64,000 bases of DNA, from positions 76,393 to 140,392 of the forward strand of contig JAISNV010000044.1 of the NCBI GenBank assembly GCA_031276035.1, given 5' to 3'. How positions within the stretch are numbered: position 1 is the stretch's first letter; each line of letters opens with the position of its first letter. Below, one piece after another: positions 1 through 9,988 of this stretch. Source of the DNA: Bacteroidales bacterium (lineage in GTDB: Bacteria; Bacteroidota; Bacteroidia; Bacteroidales; BM520). Both the position numbers and the translations under genes were made by a program. Under the pieces are notes generated by a model. That model was given only the letters and a program-made list of their open reading frames with translations, was not told the DNA's origin and did no database searches.

Positions 1-1
1 C

Positions 2-1270
2 AAGAATCTTGAAGACGACATTGCGCTTAGTCTCGCCGCTATGGGAATTCGTATTATTGCACCTATCCCCGGTAAGGGAACTATCGGTATCGAAGTGCCG
101 AACAGCAAACCGCAAATTGTTTCCATGCGATCTGTTCTTTCATCTAAAAAGTTTGTTGAAAGTAATCTGGAACTACCTATAGCTTTAGGTAAAACTATTT
201 CTAATGAAAGTTTTGTTGCCGATCTTACCAAGATGCCGCATTTACTTGTTGCAGGAGCAACAGGACAAGGTAAATCGGTTGGGCTAAATGCAATTATTAC
301 ATCATTATTGTATAAAAAACATCCGGCTCAATTGAAATTTGTTATGATTGACCCTAAGAAGGTCGAACTTTCATTATTCAGTAAAATAGAAAAACATTAT
401 CTTGCAAAATTACCTGATCTTGACGAAGCTATAATTACAGATACAAAGCATGTTGTTAATACGCTCAATTCACTTTTGATAGAAATGACAACAAGATATG
501 AGCTCCTCAAAATGTCTGGAGTCAGAAATATTAAAGAATATAACACAAAGTACATTGCCCGCAGATTAAATCCTGAAAACGGTCATAGATATCTTCCCTA
601 TATTGTTGTAATAATAGATGAGTTTGCCGATTTAATTATGACTGCCGGAAAAGAGGTTGAGGTGCCGCTGACACGTTTGGCGCAACTTGCTCGTGCTATA
701 GGAATTCATCTTGTAATTGCAACCCAAAGACCTTCTGTTAATATTATTACTGGTACTATTAAGGCGAACTTTCCGGCTCGTCTGGCTTTCCGTGTTGTGC
801 AGAAAATAGACTCGCGCACGATTCTTGATACCGGCGGCGCAGACCAATTAATAGGAAGAGGAGATATGCTACTTTCTACGGGAAGTGATCTTATTCGAAT
901 GCAATGTGCGTTTATTGATACTGATGAGGTAGGTCGCCTTACGGATTATATAGGTTCGCAAGCAGGTTATGCAACAGCTTTGTTATTGCCGGAATATTCC
1001 GGAGATTCTGCGGAAACGAGTTTGAATAAGGATGATATTGGTGACCGTGACGAAATGTTTGCCCAAGCGGCACGATTAATTGTTATAAATCAACATGGTT
1101 CAACATCTTTATTACAGCGAAAACTTAACTTGGGATATAATCGTGCCGGAAGAATTATGGATCAACTTGAGGCTGCCGGAATTGTCGGTCCGCAAGAAGG
1201 CAGCAAAGCCCGCGAAGTATATGTTCACAGCGAAGTAGAATTAGATAAGATACTTAATCCGGATTTATAA
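2..1270 (+). CDS. ftsK: DNA translocase FtsK/SpoIIIE, C-terminal motor and gamma domain (5' end lies upstream of the window)
   Basis: Frame is open from base 2 (LEDDIALSLAAMGIRIIAPIPGKGTIGIEVPN). Walker A GATGQGKS, Walker B VVIIDEFADL, C-terminal winged-helix-like LLQRKLNLGYNRAGRIMDQLE. Confidence 0.9.
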   Translation, partial: KNLEDDIALSLAAMGIRIIAPIPGKGTIGIEVPNSKPQIVSMRSVLSSKKFVESNLELPIALGKTISNESFVADLTKMPHLLVAGATGQGKSVGLNAIITSLLYKKHPAQLKFVMIDPKKVELSLFSKIEKHYLAKLPDLDEAIITDTKHVVNTLNSLLIEMTTRYELLKMSGVRNIKEYNTKYIARRLNPENGHRYLPYIVVIIDEFADLIMTAGKEVEVPLTRLAQLARAIGIHLVIATQRPSVNIITGTIKANFPARLAFRVVQKIDSRTILDTGGADQLIGRGDMLLSTGSDLIRMQCAFIDTDEVGRLTDYIGSQAGYATALLLPEYSGDSAETSLNKDDIGDRDEMFAQAARLIVINQHGSTSLLQRKLNLGYNRAGRIMDQLEAAGIVGPQEGSKAREVYVHSEVELDKILNPDL

Positions 1271-1423
1271 TTGTTTCGAATTTTGCTCATGTTATTGTAG
1301 TGAAATTCAGTAAAAAAACAATCAATCGTACAAAATATATTAGTTGGTAACGATGCCAAAAATAGTTGGTAATTAATAGTGCAGATTATAGAATTTCGAA
1401 TATGTAAATTTTGAGATTGATTT

Positions 1424-2971
1424 CTATATCTTAATATTTTCAGCAACATTTACTCCGTCGATTGCAGAAGAAACAATTCCTCCCGCATAGCCGGCACCTT
1501 CGCCGCAAGGATATAGATTCTTGATTTCAATATGTTCGAATGTTTCGTTGTTTCTTAAAATTCTTACAGGAGAAGAAGTACGAGATTCTATTCCAATTAA
1601 TAAAGCATCATCGGAGTAAAATCCCCTGAGCTTTTTGTCGAAATCTGTAAATGCTTGTTTTAATCTGTTTGTGATGAAATCCGGAAGCATATTGTGAATA
1701 GGAGAGGATATTAATCCGGGTATGTAGGAACTTTTTCTTAATTCCGACGAAGTTTTGTTTTTTGTGAAATCGGTCATTCTTTGTCCCGGCGCCTTAATAG
1801 TTCCGTCCTTATGATCAAAAAATCTTCTTTCTAAATCTTGCCGGAATATCAGATTTTGCAACGCTCCGAATTTTGAATAATCCGAAGTATCTTTCTTATC
1901 AACAGAAACAACAATTCCTGAATTTGCAAATTTTCCGCTGCGAGATGAATTAGACATTCCGTTTACAACAAGTTCTCCAGATTTTGTTGAGGCTGGAACA
2001 ATTATCCCACCCGGACACATACAAAATGAAAAAACACCTTTTCCTCCAACTTGCGTTACTAAACTATAAGTTGCCGGCGGCAAATCATATCGCTGCCTTT
2101 TTCCATTGTACTGGATATCATCAATCATTTTCTGATAATGTTCGACACGTACACCCAAAGCAAAGTCTTTAACTTCAATTTTTATCTTTCTTTCATTCAA
2201 AAATTCATAAATATCATTTGCCGAATGTCCTGTCGCCAGAATTACTGCAATTCCGGAAAATATATTCCCGTTTTGGTCTATTACTTTATCAACTTCAGAA
2301 TTTTTAATTTTGATATCGCAGATTTTAGTATTGAAATGATATTCGCCCCCATGAGAAATTATTGTATTTCTGATGTTTTCCATTATCATTGGTAGATTAT
2401 CCGAACCGATATGCGGATGTGCATCAACAAGAATATCTTTTGAGGCTCCATGTAAAACCAGCAATTGTAGGATTTCATTTACATTACCTCGTTTTGTTGA
2501 ACGGGTAAATAATTTTCCGTCGGAGAAAGTTCCGGCGCCACCTTCACCAAAACAATAATTGGAATCTTCATTGAGATTGTTGTTGCGATAAAGTTCGGCA
2601 ATATCTATTTTTCTTTTGTGAATATCTTTTCCGCGTTCCAGAATTATGGGTTTGATTCCTTTTTGAATTAGTTTTAAAGCGGCGAATAATCCTGCCGGCC
2701 CCGCACCGATTATTATTACAGGCGGAGCGGAGGCAACATTTTTAAATTCCGGAATTTTTATGCTCTCGTTCGGATAATCATTTCCGGAGAAGACAGCTAT
2801 TTTCAGTAAATAAGAAATGTTTCTTCCGCGCGCATCAATGGAACGACGTAAAATTCTAATATCGTTAATACTTGAAATTTTTATTCCGGCAGCTCTTCCC
2901 GATGATAATTTTATAGCTTCATAATCATTTATTAATTCGGGAGAAATTTTTATATCTATCTCATTAATCAT
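1424..2971 (-). CDS. FAD-dependent oxidoreductase (uncharacterised NAD(FAD)-utilising dehydrogenase family)
   Basis: 515-aa ORF with a Rossmann dinucleotide motif IIIGAGPAGLFAALKL. Its start overlaps the upstream gene by 8 nt. Confidence 0.75.
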   Translation of the reverse strand: MINEIDIKISPELINDYEAIKLSSGRAAGIKISSINDIRILRRSIDARGRNISYLLKIAVFSGNDYPNESIKIPEFKNVASAPPVIIIGAGPAGLFAALKLIQKGIKPIILERGKDIHKRKIDIAELYRNNNLNEDSNYCFGEGGAGTFSDGKLFTRSTKRGNVNEILQLLVLHGASKDILVDAHPHIGSDNLPMIMENIRNTIISHGGEYHFNTKICDIKIKNSEVDKVIDQNGNIFSGIAVILATGHSANDIYEFLNERKIKIEVKDFALGVRVEHYQKMIDDIQYNGKRQRYDLPPATYSLVTQVGGKGVFSFCMCPGGIIVPASTKSGELVVNGMSNSSRSGKFANSGIVVSVDKKDTSDYSKFGALQNLIFRQDLERRFFDHKDGTIKAPGQRMTDFTKNKTSSELRKSSYIPGLISSPIHNMLPDFITNRLKQAFTDFDKKLRGFYSDDALLIGIESRTSSPVRILRNNETFEHIEIKNLYPCGEGAGYAGGIVSSAIDGVNVAENIKI

Positions 2972-4865
2972 GGAAATACCAACTTACTCCGAATTTAAAT
3001 TGTCTGTCGTTTAACGGATAATGCGGCACGCCTATATAATTATAACCTAACAATCCGCTCGTAACGTTGATAAATTCAACAAAAACTCTTGCCCTTTTTA
3101 CTTGAAACCTGAAATATGCGTTGATATACGGATAATTTCCTGTTTTAACTTCATCTTGAAGATAGAACGAACGAATTGAAGGCATGTAAGCTTCAGCATA
3201 GAAAGGTGTATTGTAAACAACATCGAATCCGATTTGCGACATCAGGGCTTTTTTAAACAAAGGTTGTTTATATATAAAAGTAATTTTTCCAACAAGGTCG
3301 GGTATCCGCATTACATCTTTATTGCTGGTATATTGGTAAACAACACTGCCGCTTATTTCAAAACGTTTTAAATCATATCCCGCAGAAAAATATGCCGATA
3401 AATAATTTATGGCGCCTTCATGTTGTTGCGGTGTAATATCTTGGTTTAGATAAGCATAATTGTTAACTAACATATATTTTACGCCTAATTCTAATGAACT
3501 GTATTTTACCGAAACATTAGCCTGATTATAAAAGACTTTCTTGAAAGAATTTTCCCACGCTGTTGTTGTAGTCTTAATTTGTGAATACATCCACGGGACA
3601 TCGGTTGCGGCGGAATTATATTCGGCCTCAAAAGAAAATTTCTTGTAATCATAATTCAACAATCCCGAAACGTTATAGTCGCCGTTATTATAATTCCCGA
3701 GAGAAAAATGCGCTTCGGGAATTAATGTGAAATTAGCAAACTTCAAAAGGAATTTACCGTAAGGGATTATATTGTAAATATTATACTTATTAACTTCTTC
3801 TTGACTGGAAATAATACTAAGGCCTTCGTCGGTAACAGTAACATTATTTGCAAAAACATAGTATTGAATATTATGATAATCAACATCTGCTCCCACTTCA
3901 AATTGAAACCAAGCTTTGTTCCCGTTATCGAAATTGGTAAAAGCAAAATTGTTTTTCAAACTTTTAAAAACAGTTGAATCAAATATAGCGGAATTATCGT
4001 TTGTATAGAAATAATTGTAAAAATTAGTATCCGGTCTTGTATCCTGATAAATATTTCTGTCGCGAACAAAATTTATACTGTGCCGAAGCTGAAGATGATT
4101 TTCCTTCCTCGTAGTATCGGCTTTCATCAGTTTGAAATAATGACTGAAATACCATCCGCCGCGTTTGATAAAATTTGAAGCATTAGTAAGATTAACATCA
4201 ATAGTTTTTCTGTTTGAAAAATTATTTTCAGTAAAATCGGTAAGATTTTTAACTCCGCCGTTCTCCAGGATATTCAATCTGGTATGATAATAAGCGAAAA
4301 GAAATCCATAACGGTAGTCACGGGTATGAAATCGTAAATTGGCATTGAAATTAGCATTTTTTGCGGTTTGACGAATATAAAACCCTTCGTTATTTAGAAA
4401 ATTAAAATTGAATCCGAAAGCTATTGTTTGTCCGATTCTCTGATTATGTTCGGCATTAAAGTAACTCTCATCGCGCTCATTACCCGGAGCTCGCGAATAC
4501 ATAAGATTAAAATACGGCTTTAATGAAGAAAAGTATTTTGTATTTTGCGTTGATTGGAGATACTGCTCGAAACCATCGTAATTATAATAATATCCGGCGT
4601 TTAAATTCGGAGTAAAAATTAGTGGACGATGAGCGTGGCCGGTATTCGATGTCGTATTGTAGAAATTCTCTTGCCTGTACAGTTCGTCAAAAATATGATA
4701 GCGGAAAAGAGTAGTGTCAATAGGAGTTAATGTTAATGAATCGAGAGGAAAATCTTTTAAATATCCGTAATATATTGCCAAAGAGTCGGGAAGTGCTTGT
4801 GCATGAAATTGTTTCGGCACAATAAACAACAGACAAACGATAAATATATTCAGAAATTTCTTCAC
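2964..4865 (-). CDS. Outer-membrane beta-barrel protein (Bacteroidetes putative porin-like)
   Basis: 633 aa with an N-terminal signal peptide (MKKFLNIFIVCLLFIVPKQFHAQ). Tyr/Asn/Phe-rich alternating pattern and a C-terminal aromatic end. GTG start. Confidence 0.5.
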   Translation of the reverse strand: MKKFLNIFIVCLLFIVPKQFHAQALPDSLAIYYGYLKDFPLDSLTLTPIDTTLFRYHIFDELYRQENFYNTTSNTGHAHRPLIFTPNLNAGYYYNYDGFEQYLQSTQNTKYFSSLKPYFNLMYSRAPGNERDESYFNAEHNQRIGQTIAFGFNFNFLNNEGFYIRQTAKNANFNANLRFHTRDYRYGFLFAYYHTRLNILENGGVKNLTDFTENNFSNRKTIDVNLTNASNFIKRGGWYFSHYFKLMKADTTRKENHLQLRHSINFVRDRNIYQDTRPDTNFYNYFYTNDNSAIFDSTVFKSLKNNFAFTNFDNGNKAWFQFEVGADVDYHNIQYYVFANNVTVTDEGLSIISSQEEVNKYNIYNIIPYGKFLLKFANFTLIPEAHFSLGNYNNGDYNVSGLLNYDYKKFSFEAEYNSAATDVPWMYSQIKTTTTAWENSFKKVFYNQANVSVKYSSLELGVKYMLVNNYAYLNQDITPQQHEGAINYLSAYFSAGYDLKRFEISGSVVYQYTSNKDVMRIPDLVGKITFIYKQPLFKKALMSQIGFDVVYNTPFYAEAYMPSIRSFYLQDEVKTGNYPYINAYFRFQVKRARVFVEFINVTSGLLGYNYIGVPHYPLNDRQFKFGVSWYFHD

Positions 4866-4869
4866 GGCG

Positions 4870-4877
4870 CAAAGATA
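4870..4877 (-). promoter_or_regulatory. Bacteroidetes -7 promoter box TATCTTTG, only 4 nt upstream of the GTG start
   Basis: Plus strand reads CAAAGATA. Minus strand reads TATCTTTG-cgcc-GTG. Confidence 0.45.
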
Positions 4878-5056
4878 AGAATAATAAGAATTAAAAATTA
4901 AAAATTAAGAATGAAAAATGAGAGTTAGTAGTCCCGAGTGTAATAAACGGATAATATTATTTGAAAATTATTTAATTCCGCTTACTGGAATATTCCGAAT
5001 GATTATGATTGCATTATAACGGCAAAACTATAAACACAAAACTAATCTCCCTAATC

Positions 5057-5674
5057 TTAAATTTCTAAACTTTCAAACATTTTTCTATAAAATTCTGCCT
5101 TTTCATTGAGTGGTTTGGGATATGCCCGTGATGTTGACGGCATTCTATAAATCATTATTTCCCTGTTGTTTATATTGCACGGTGAAAAGTTTCCTACTGC
5201 TGGTTCAGAAAAATCCAGCAAATATAATAATGCTTCCATTGCTTTTGCTCCTGTAACCGCGATTGCTTTACATTCGGGAATTTTCCTTAAAATTTTCTCC
5301 GGAGAAAAAGTTTTTGTTATATGTAAGAACTTATCCGAAGCATTATTATTTAATCTGATGATATTCATCGCCGTATCACCCATTCCTATACCTTTGTAGT
5401 AGCAAAAACTTGCGGCACGATCTCTGTCGAAAGTTTTTTTATTTTCCTTAATGAAATACTCTTTGTCATTATAAAAAACCAAACCCATGATTCGCCAGAA
5501 ATCATTCTGAAAATTCGGATAATAAAAGTCCATAGACCATCGCTTGCGTTGCGGCGGAAAACTTCCGAGAATCAAAAGTTTCGCATTTTCCGGCAAAAAG
5601 AATCCCAAAGGATGAACTTCTTCAATGTCAGGATTCGGAGCTTGTATTTCTGAGTTTTCGTGTTTAATAATCAT
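5057..5674 (-). CDS. Uracil-DNA glycosylase superfamily protein, hypoxanthine/deoxyinosine-DNA glycosylase-like
   Basis: 205 aa. Motif LLILGSFPPQRKRWSMDFYYPNFQNDFWRIM resembles the LILGSFPS...YY..N.FW signature of that family, as recalled. Confidence 0.6.
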   Translation of the reverse strand: MIIKHENSEIQAPNPDIEEVHPLGFFLPENAKLLILGSFPPQRKRWSMDFYYPNFQNDFWRIMGLVFYNDKEYFIKENKKTFDRDRAASFCYYKGIGMGDTAMNIIRLNNNASDKFLHITKTFSPEKILRKIPECKAIAVTGAKAMEALLYLLDFSEPAVGNFSPCNINNREIMIYRMPSTSRAYPKPLNEKAEFYRKMFESLEI

Positions 5675-5685
5675 TATATCGGTTC

Positions 5686-7086
5686 TTAATTTTCATTAAT
5701 CCAGTCTGCAATAATCTTCATAGAATCTTCATTAAAAGTTTCTTCATTCTTAATATATAATTCGGTATTTCCGAATAAACATTTCTGAAATAAATGATTC
5801 TGCTGAGGTAACGGAACAATTTTATAATTTGTATTACCGGCTTTCTTTAAAGATTTTTCAATTCCTTCGAGATTTTCTTTTGCCCTTACTTGAATATCAT
5901 TTGTGCCGTTTAAGGCTAAAACAGGAACTGTTGTCTTTTTCAAGTAATTTTGCGGGTTAAATCCGACAAAATATTTAAACCAAGGTTGTAAATACGATTT
6001 TGCTTCTGTTTCTACAATCTGTTGAATATCTTCTTCACTAATCCACCCTTCGGGATATTGTTTGTAACTTTTCTCTTTGACGGCTATAATCTTTTTTAAT
6101 TTCTCTTCATCATTAAGTTTATTATTATTTATTATCGAATAACTTTTTTTAATACTTTTTATTTCAATATCGATAATATCTTTAGGCGCATTATTTGCAA
6201 CCATTATATCATTATTTTGATGTATCAATAATTCTTCGATCGGAATTCCGGGTCCCGCAAGCAGAACAATGAAATCGATATCGGAATTGCGGACGGCAAC
6301 CATCGGGGCAATCATACCGCCTTCGCTGTGGCCTACTAATCCGATAGACATATCCTTCAAATCATCCCTTCCTTTTATGTAATTGACAACCGCTTCCGCA
6401 TCAAGAGATAAATCGTAAGTTGTAGCCGTACTGAACTTTCCTGTAGATTCGGCAGTTCCTCTGTCGTCGTATCTTATTACGGCAATTCCGTTTCTTGTGA
6501 GATAATCCGATAACACGAGAAATGGTCTGTGATCAAAAAGTTCCTCATCGCGATTCTGAGCTCCTGAACCGGAAATAAGTACAACTATTTTGTTGCTTGG
6601 CTTCACATTTGTTTTTTCGTTGGGCATTGTTAATGTTCCTGCAAGAATAACATCGTCTGCACTTTTTATTGAGACTTCTTCAACATGGTAAGGGAAATCA
6701 ACCGGGTCTTGTTTTCTTACAATTTTCTTTTTTGTAAAATCTCCTCTACCCAAAACTAAATCGGCGGAAAATCCCATCTGTTTGAAAAAACAAAAGATTG
6801 AATCTTTCTCAGTATTATAATTACCGTTTATGGTTAAACCTATCGATTTTATAGAAATAAATAAGCTGTCGTTACTAAAGAAAGAACTATCGCAAGGAAT
6901 TCCAAAAGTATATTGGTCGGGAGAGTCCATCAACACTTTTGAACCCAAAGAATCTTGTATATGGAGAACTATAGTAAGAAAAGTGTTGTTTACATCAATT
7001 TTGCCGTTCCATGTTCCTTCTATAGATTGAGCGTTGATAGTGCAAAAGATAAATGCAGCTAAGATTGTGGATAATACTTTTTTCAT
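5686..7086 (-). CDS. Secreted alpha/beta-hydrolase (serine hydrolase)
   Basis: 466 aa with a signal peptide, nucleophile elbow GHSEGG, and a C-terminal histidine region (QQNHLF). Confidence 0.7.
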   Translation of the reverse strand: MKKVLSTILAAFIFCTINAQSIEGTWNGKIDVNNTFLTIVLHIQDSLGSKVLMDSPDQYTFGIPCDSSFFSNDSLFISIKSIGLTINGNYNTEKDSIFCFFKQMGFSADLVLGRGDFTKKKIVRKQDPVDFPYHVEEVSIKSADDVILAGTLTMPNEKTNVKPSNKIVVLISGSGAQNRDEELFDHRPFLVLSDYLTRNGIAVIRYDDRGTAESTGKFSTATTYDLSLDAEAVVNYIKGRDDLKDMSIGLVGHSEGGMIAPMVAVRNSDIDFIVLLAGPGIPIEELLIHQNNDIMVANNAPKDIIDIEIKSIKKSYSIINNNKLNDEEKLKKIIAVKEKSYKQYPEGWISEEDIQQIVETEAKSYLQPWFKYFVGFNPQNYLKKTTVPVLALNGTNDIQVRAKENLEGIEKSLKKAGNTNYKIVPLPQQNHLFQKCLFGNTELYIKNEETFNEDSMKIIADWINEN

Positions 7087-7093
7087 GACTTAA

Positions 7094-7690
7094 TTAGAAT
7101 AAGATGTTAATAAATATTTTAGAAATAATTTCTGCTAAAACTATAGCAAAGATAAAAATAACCGAATTGTTTTTTCTGATATTTAAAGAAACTTTAAATG
7201 CATTATAAAATAGAACAATTGTCCATATTAATATTGGGATTGATAATAAAATGATTGCAAAAAAAGAAACGGAAGAGAAAATAATGTTGGGATTACTGAT
7301 AAAAACTTCCGGATTTTCGAATATCATATCAATAAATTCCGGTTGCGGAAAAAAGGCTGTAAGTGCCAGAAATAAAGTAGGAGCCTTCGCTAAATATGTT
7401 GTGCCGATTACATCTATCACTCTGAAGTTTTTGGAAAAAATCAATCCGGCAAGCAGAAACATAATAATTATGCTTGCTAAATCTATATTCAACATTGCAA
7501 ATGCAGCCCAAAAAGAATATGCTTTTCCGTTTGTATGCATATCTAATGCTCCGTCGAAATATGCCCCGTTATAACTCCCGATGAGAGCGGTAAGAATAAT
7601 AAAAATTAATCCTAAACCGAGCGCCTGCCAACCGGCAATCTTCTCAAACGGATTAACAAAAATCAACCTGAAAATTTCATTACGTTTCAT
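7094..7690 (-). CDS. Integral membrane protein, unknown function
   Basis: 198 aa with about 5 hydrophobic segments. Lies 9 nt downstream of the DUF2089-like gene. Confidence 0.5.
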   Translation of the reverse strand: MKRNEIFRLIFVNPFEKIAGWQALGLGLIFIILTALIGSYNGAYFDGALDMHTNGKAYSFWAAFAMLNIDLASIIIMFLLAGLIFSKNFRVIDVIGTTYLAKAPTLFLALTAFFPQPEFIDMIFENPEVFISNPNIIFSSVSFFAIILLSIPILIWTIVLFYNAFKVSLNIRKNNSVIFIFAIVLAEIISKIFINILF

Positions 7691-7699
7691 AATTGTTTA

Positions 7700-7984
7700 T
7701 TATTTTGTTATTGTTGATTGAATTTCTTCCAATGAGTTTATTCTGTCTATAATGTCGTTCAACATATTTCTAACCGTAGGATAGCTTAGCTTGAGTTCGT
7801 TAGCCATTTCTTTAAGACTTCCGCTATATTTTACGAATTTTAGAATAAATTCTTGATCTTTTTGTGTTAGAAGTAAATAAATAGGAAGTTCGTATGAACC
7901 GTTAACTTCAGTATTACACTCATCACATTTTAAGCATTTTACTTTAAGCTGATTATTACAACTTGGACAATGAGTCGGTAACAT
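7700..7984 (-). CDS. DUF2089-like zinc-ribbon plus HTH protein
   Basis: 94 aa. CPSC...CLKCDEC zinc ribbon followed by HTH-like LKEMANELKLSYPTVRNMLNDI. Confidence 0.6.
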   Translation of the reverse strand: MLPTHCPSCNNQLKVKCLKCDECNTEVNGSYELPIYLLLTQKDQEFILKFVKYSGSLKEMANELKLSYPTVRNMLNDIIDRINSLEEIQSTITK

Positions 7985-8292
7985 AATTCAATATATTTTT
8001 TGCAAAGATATAAATATATTTTTAATTTTATTGAAGTATAATTTAATTTTGTTTAAAAAAAATTTAATAAAATGAAAATATGCAGAAAATAAATGAAAGA
8101 AAAGATAGAAAAACAATAAAATTCATAGTATTTTTATAAAAGTAATTAGTAAAATTCTTTTATTGCTATAAAATATTGAATTAGATAAAATATATTAACT
8201 CTGAAAATTGTGTCAATATGAGGGAACTTTTAGGACCAATGTCCCTCACAAATAAGAACAAACGAATAGAATAAACTTAAAGTTTATTTACC

Positions 8293-9633
8293 TTATATCC
8301 CCAGTACCCAACTTGCAATTGAAAAATAAATCAGTACTCCCGTAATATCAGAAATTGATGTAATAAGCGGTGCACTTGCCGTTGCGGGGTCAACTTTAAA
8401 TTTTGTGAATATGAAAGGCAGGATTAAGCCTATTAAGCTGCCGGTAATAACTGTTAAAACCATGGTTAAGCTTACAACTAAAACTATTTCCTTAGCTCGA
8501 AAGACTGCAATTAATGCAACGCCTGCCGCCATAGTAAGTCCGAGTAAAAGTGAAACTAGGAGCTCCTTGCCGAGCAATTTGACCCAATCTTTTATTTCTA
8601 CATCACCGGTTGCTAAAGAGCGAATCATAAGTGTTGCGGATTGAGAACCTGCATTACCTCCGCTTGCTATCAAAAGCGGAAGGAAAAAAACTAATGATAC
8701 GGCCGATTGTATTACATCTTCGAAGCTTGCAATTGCCGCGCCGGAGAATACATTCACAAACACAAGAGCAGTCAACCAAACAACTCTGTTTTTATATAAT
8801 GTTGCAATAGTTGCTTTCAATGGGTTTACAATAGCATCTTTAATAGAACCGAATTTATGAAAGTCTTCTGTGCTTTCTTCTTCCGCAACGTCCATCATAT
8901 CATCGAAGGTAACAATACCAACCAGAGTACCGTCGTTATCAATAACAGGTAAAGCAACCCTGTCATGATCCGAAAAAACTTTTACCGCATTTTCCTGATC
9001 ATCAAAAACATTTAGAGCAATGAATTTATTATCGGAAATTTCTGATATTTTCTGTTGGGGTGAAGCAAGTATTAAATCCTTAATGCGAATGTCGTCAACC
9101 AAATGCCATTTATCATCAACTACATAAATAATATTGAGAGTTTCGGAATCGCGACCGTATTTTCTAATATGTTCTAAAGATTGATCAACCGTATAATATG
9201 CCTTAACTGCAACGTATTCGGGAGTCATCAATCGACCTACGCTGTCTTCGGGATATGCTAAAAGTTGGCCGGCAATTTTTCTTTCTTTATCACTAAGTAA
9301 TTGCATCAGGGGCTGTACAATCTCTCCAGGTAAATCTTCAAAAAAAGCTGTTCTGTCATCAGGTTCCAAGTCATTCAATAAACTTGTAATCCTGTTACTG
9401 TTTTCAGCAAGGCTTTCAATAACATCCTGTTGCGATTCGTGAGATAAATGCTCGAAAGTTTCCTTTGCGTATTCACGCGAAAGCAATCTAAACAAAAGAA
9501 TACCTTCTGTTTTAGATAAGTCTTCAATAACTTCTGCTATTTCAAGAGGTGAGAAGTGTTGTAGTTCCTTTTTTAGACTTTTCCAGTCTTTTTGTTCGAT
9601 TAAATTTCTTAAAAAAAGTTTGATCTCATTCAT
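8293..9633 (-). CDS. mgtE: Magnesium transporter MgtE
   Basis: 446 aa. N-domain, tandem CBS region (GRLMTPEYVAV..., VALPVIDNDGTLVGIVTFDD) and a C-terminal TM domain with GGNAGSQSATL. Confidence 0.9.
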   Translation of the reverse strand: MNEIKLFLRNLIEQKDWKSLKKELQHFSPLEIAEVIEDLSKTEGILLFRLLSREYAKETFEHLSHESQQDVIESLAENSNRITSLLNDLEPDDRTAFFEDLPGEIVQPLMQLLSDKERKIAGQLLAYPEDSVGRLMTPEYVAVKAYYTVDQSLEHIRKYGRDSETLNIIYVVDDKWHLVDDIRIKDLILASPQQKISEISDNKFIALNVFDDQENAVKVFSDHDRVALPVIDNDGTLVGIVTFDDMMDVAEEESTEDFHKFGSIKDAIVNPLKATIATLYKNRVVWLTALVFVNVFSGAAIASFEDVIQSAVSLVFFLPLLIASGGNAGSQSATLMIRSLATGDVEIKDWVKLLGKELLVSLLLGLTMAAGVALIAVFRAKEIVLVVSLTMVLTVITGSLIGLILPFIFTKFKVDPATASAPLITSISDITGVLIYFSIASWVLGI

Positions 9634-9639
9634 TTATGA

Positions 9640-9686
9640 CCTCCTTACATTTTTTTCTGTAAGAAGACCATTGAAGTCCCTTACAG
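9640..9686 (-). promoter_or_regulatory. Candidate SD-sequestering switch in the mgtE 5' leader
   Basis: RNA reads CUGUAAGGGAC-UUCAAUG-GUCUUCUUACAG-A7-UGUAAGGAGG-ucauaa-AUG. UCUUCUUACA can pair either with the upstream CUGUAAG or with the SD segment UGUAAGGAGG (10 bp, 2 of them G-U). Confidence 0.4.
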
Positions 9687-9769
9687 AGTAGTTAATGTTT
9701 GATGTTTAATTTTCTACGACTATAATACGGGCCTTCGTCCATGTTAAGATTATTTTAAATTTTCGGCTG

Positions 9770-9777
9770 CAAAGATA
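9770..9777 (-). promoter_or_regulatory. -7 promoter box TATCTTTG for mgtE (leader of about 130 nt)
   Basis: Minus strand reads TATCTTTGCAGCCG, the same extended box as the r-protein promoters. Confidence 0.5.
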
Positions 9778-9988
9778 GTAAATTAATTTAAAATTGAAAA
9801 TTTAGAATTGATTTTTTTTGAAATTTAATAGGAGCATAGATTGAATAAATTTCTAGGTTTTGATTGATTATTCTTTGTGATTTTAGCCGTAGGAATATTT
9901 TGATTGTAAGGTAAATTTTATGATTTGAAAATTGAAATTCCTCATTTCAAAACATAAAATCAGAAATTAAATAACGGGAAACATACAA

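Noticed and set aside
9634-9777. An M-box (ykoK) Mg2+ riboswitch upstream of mgtE.
   Set aside because: The leader is shorter than the M-box and lacks sequence blocks I recall from it. It is reported instead as a different candidate switch.
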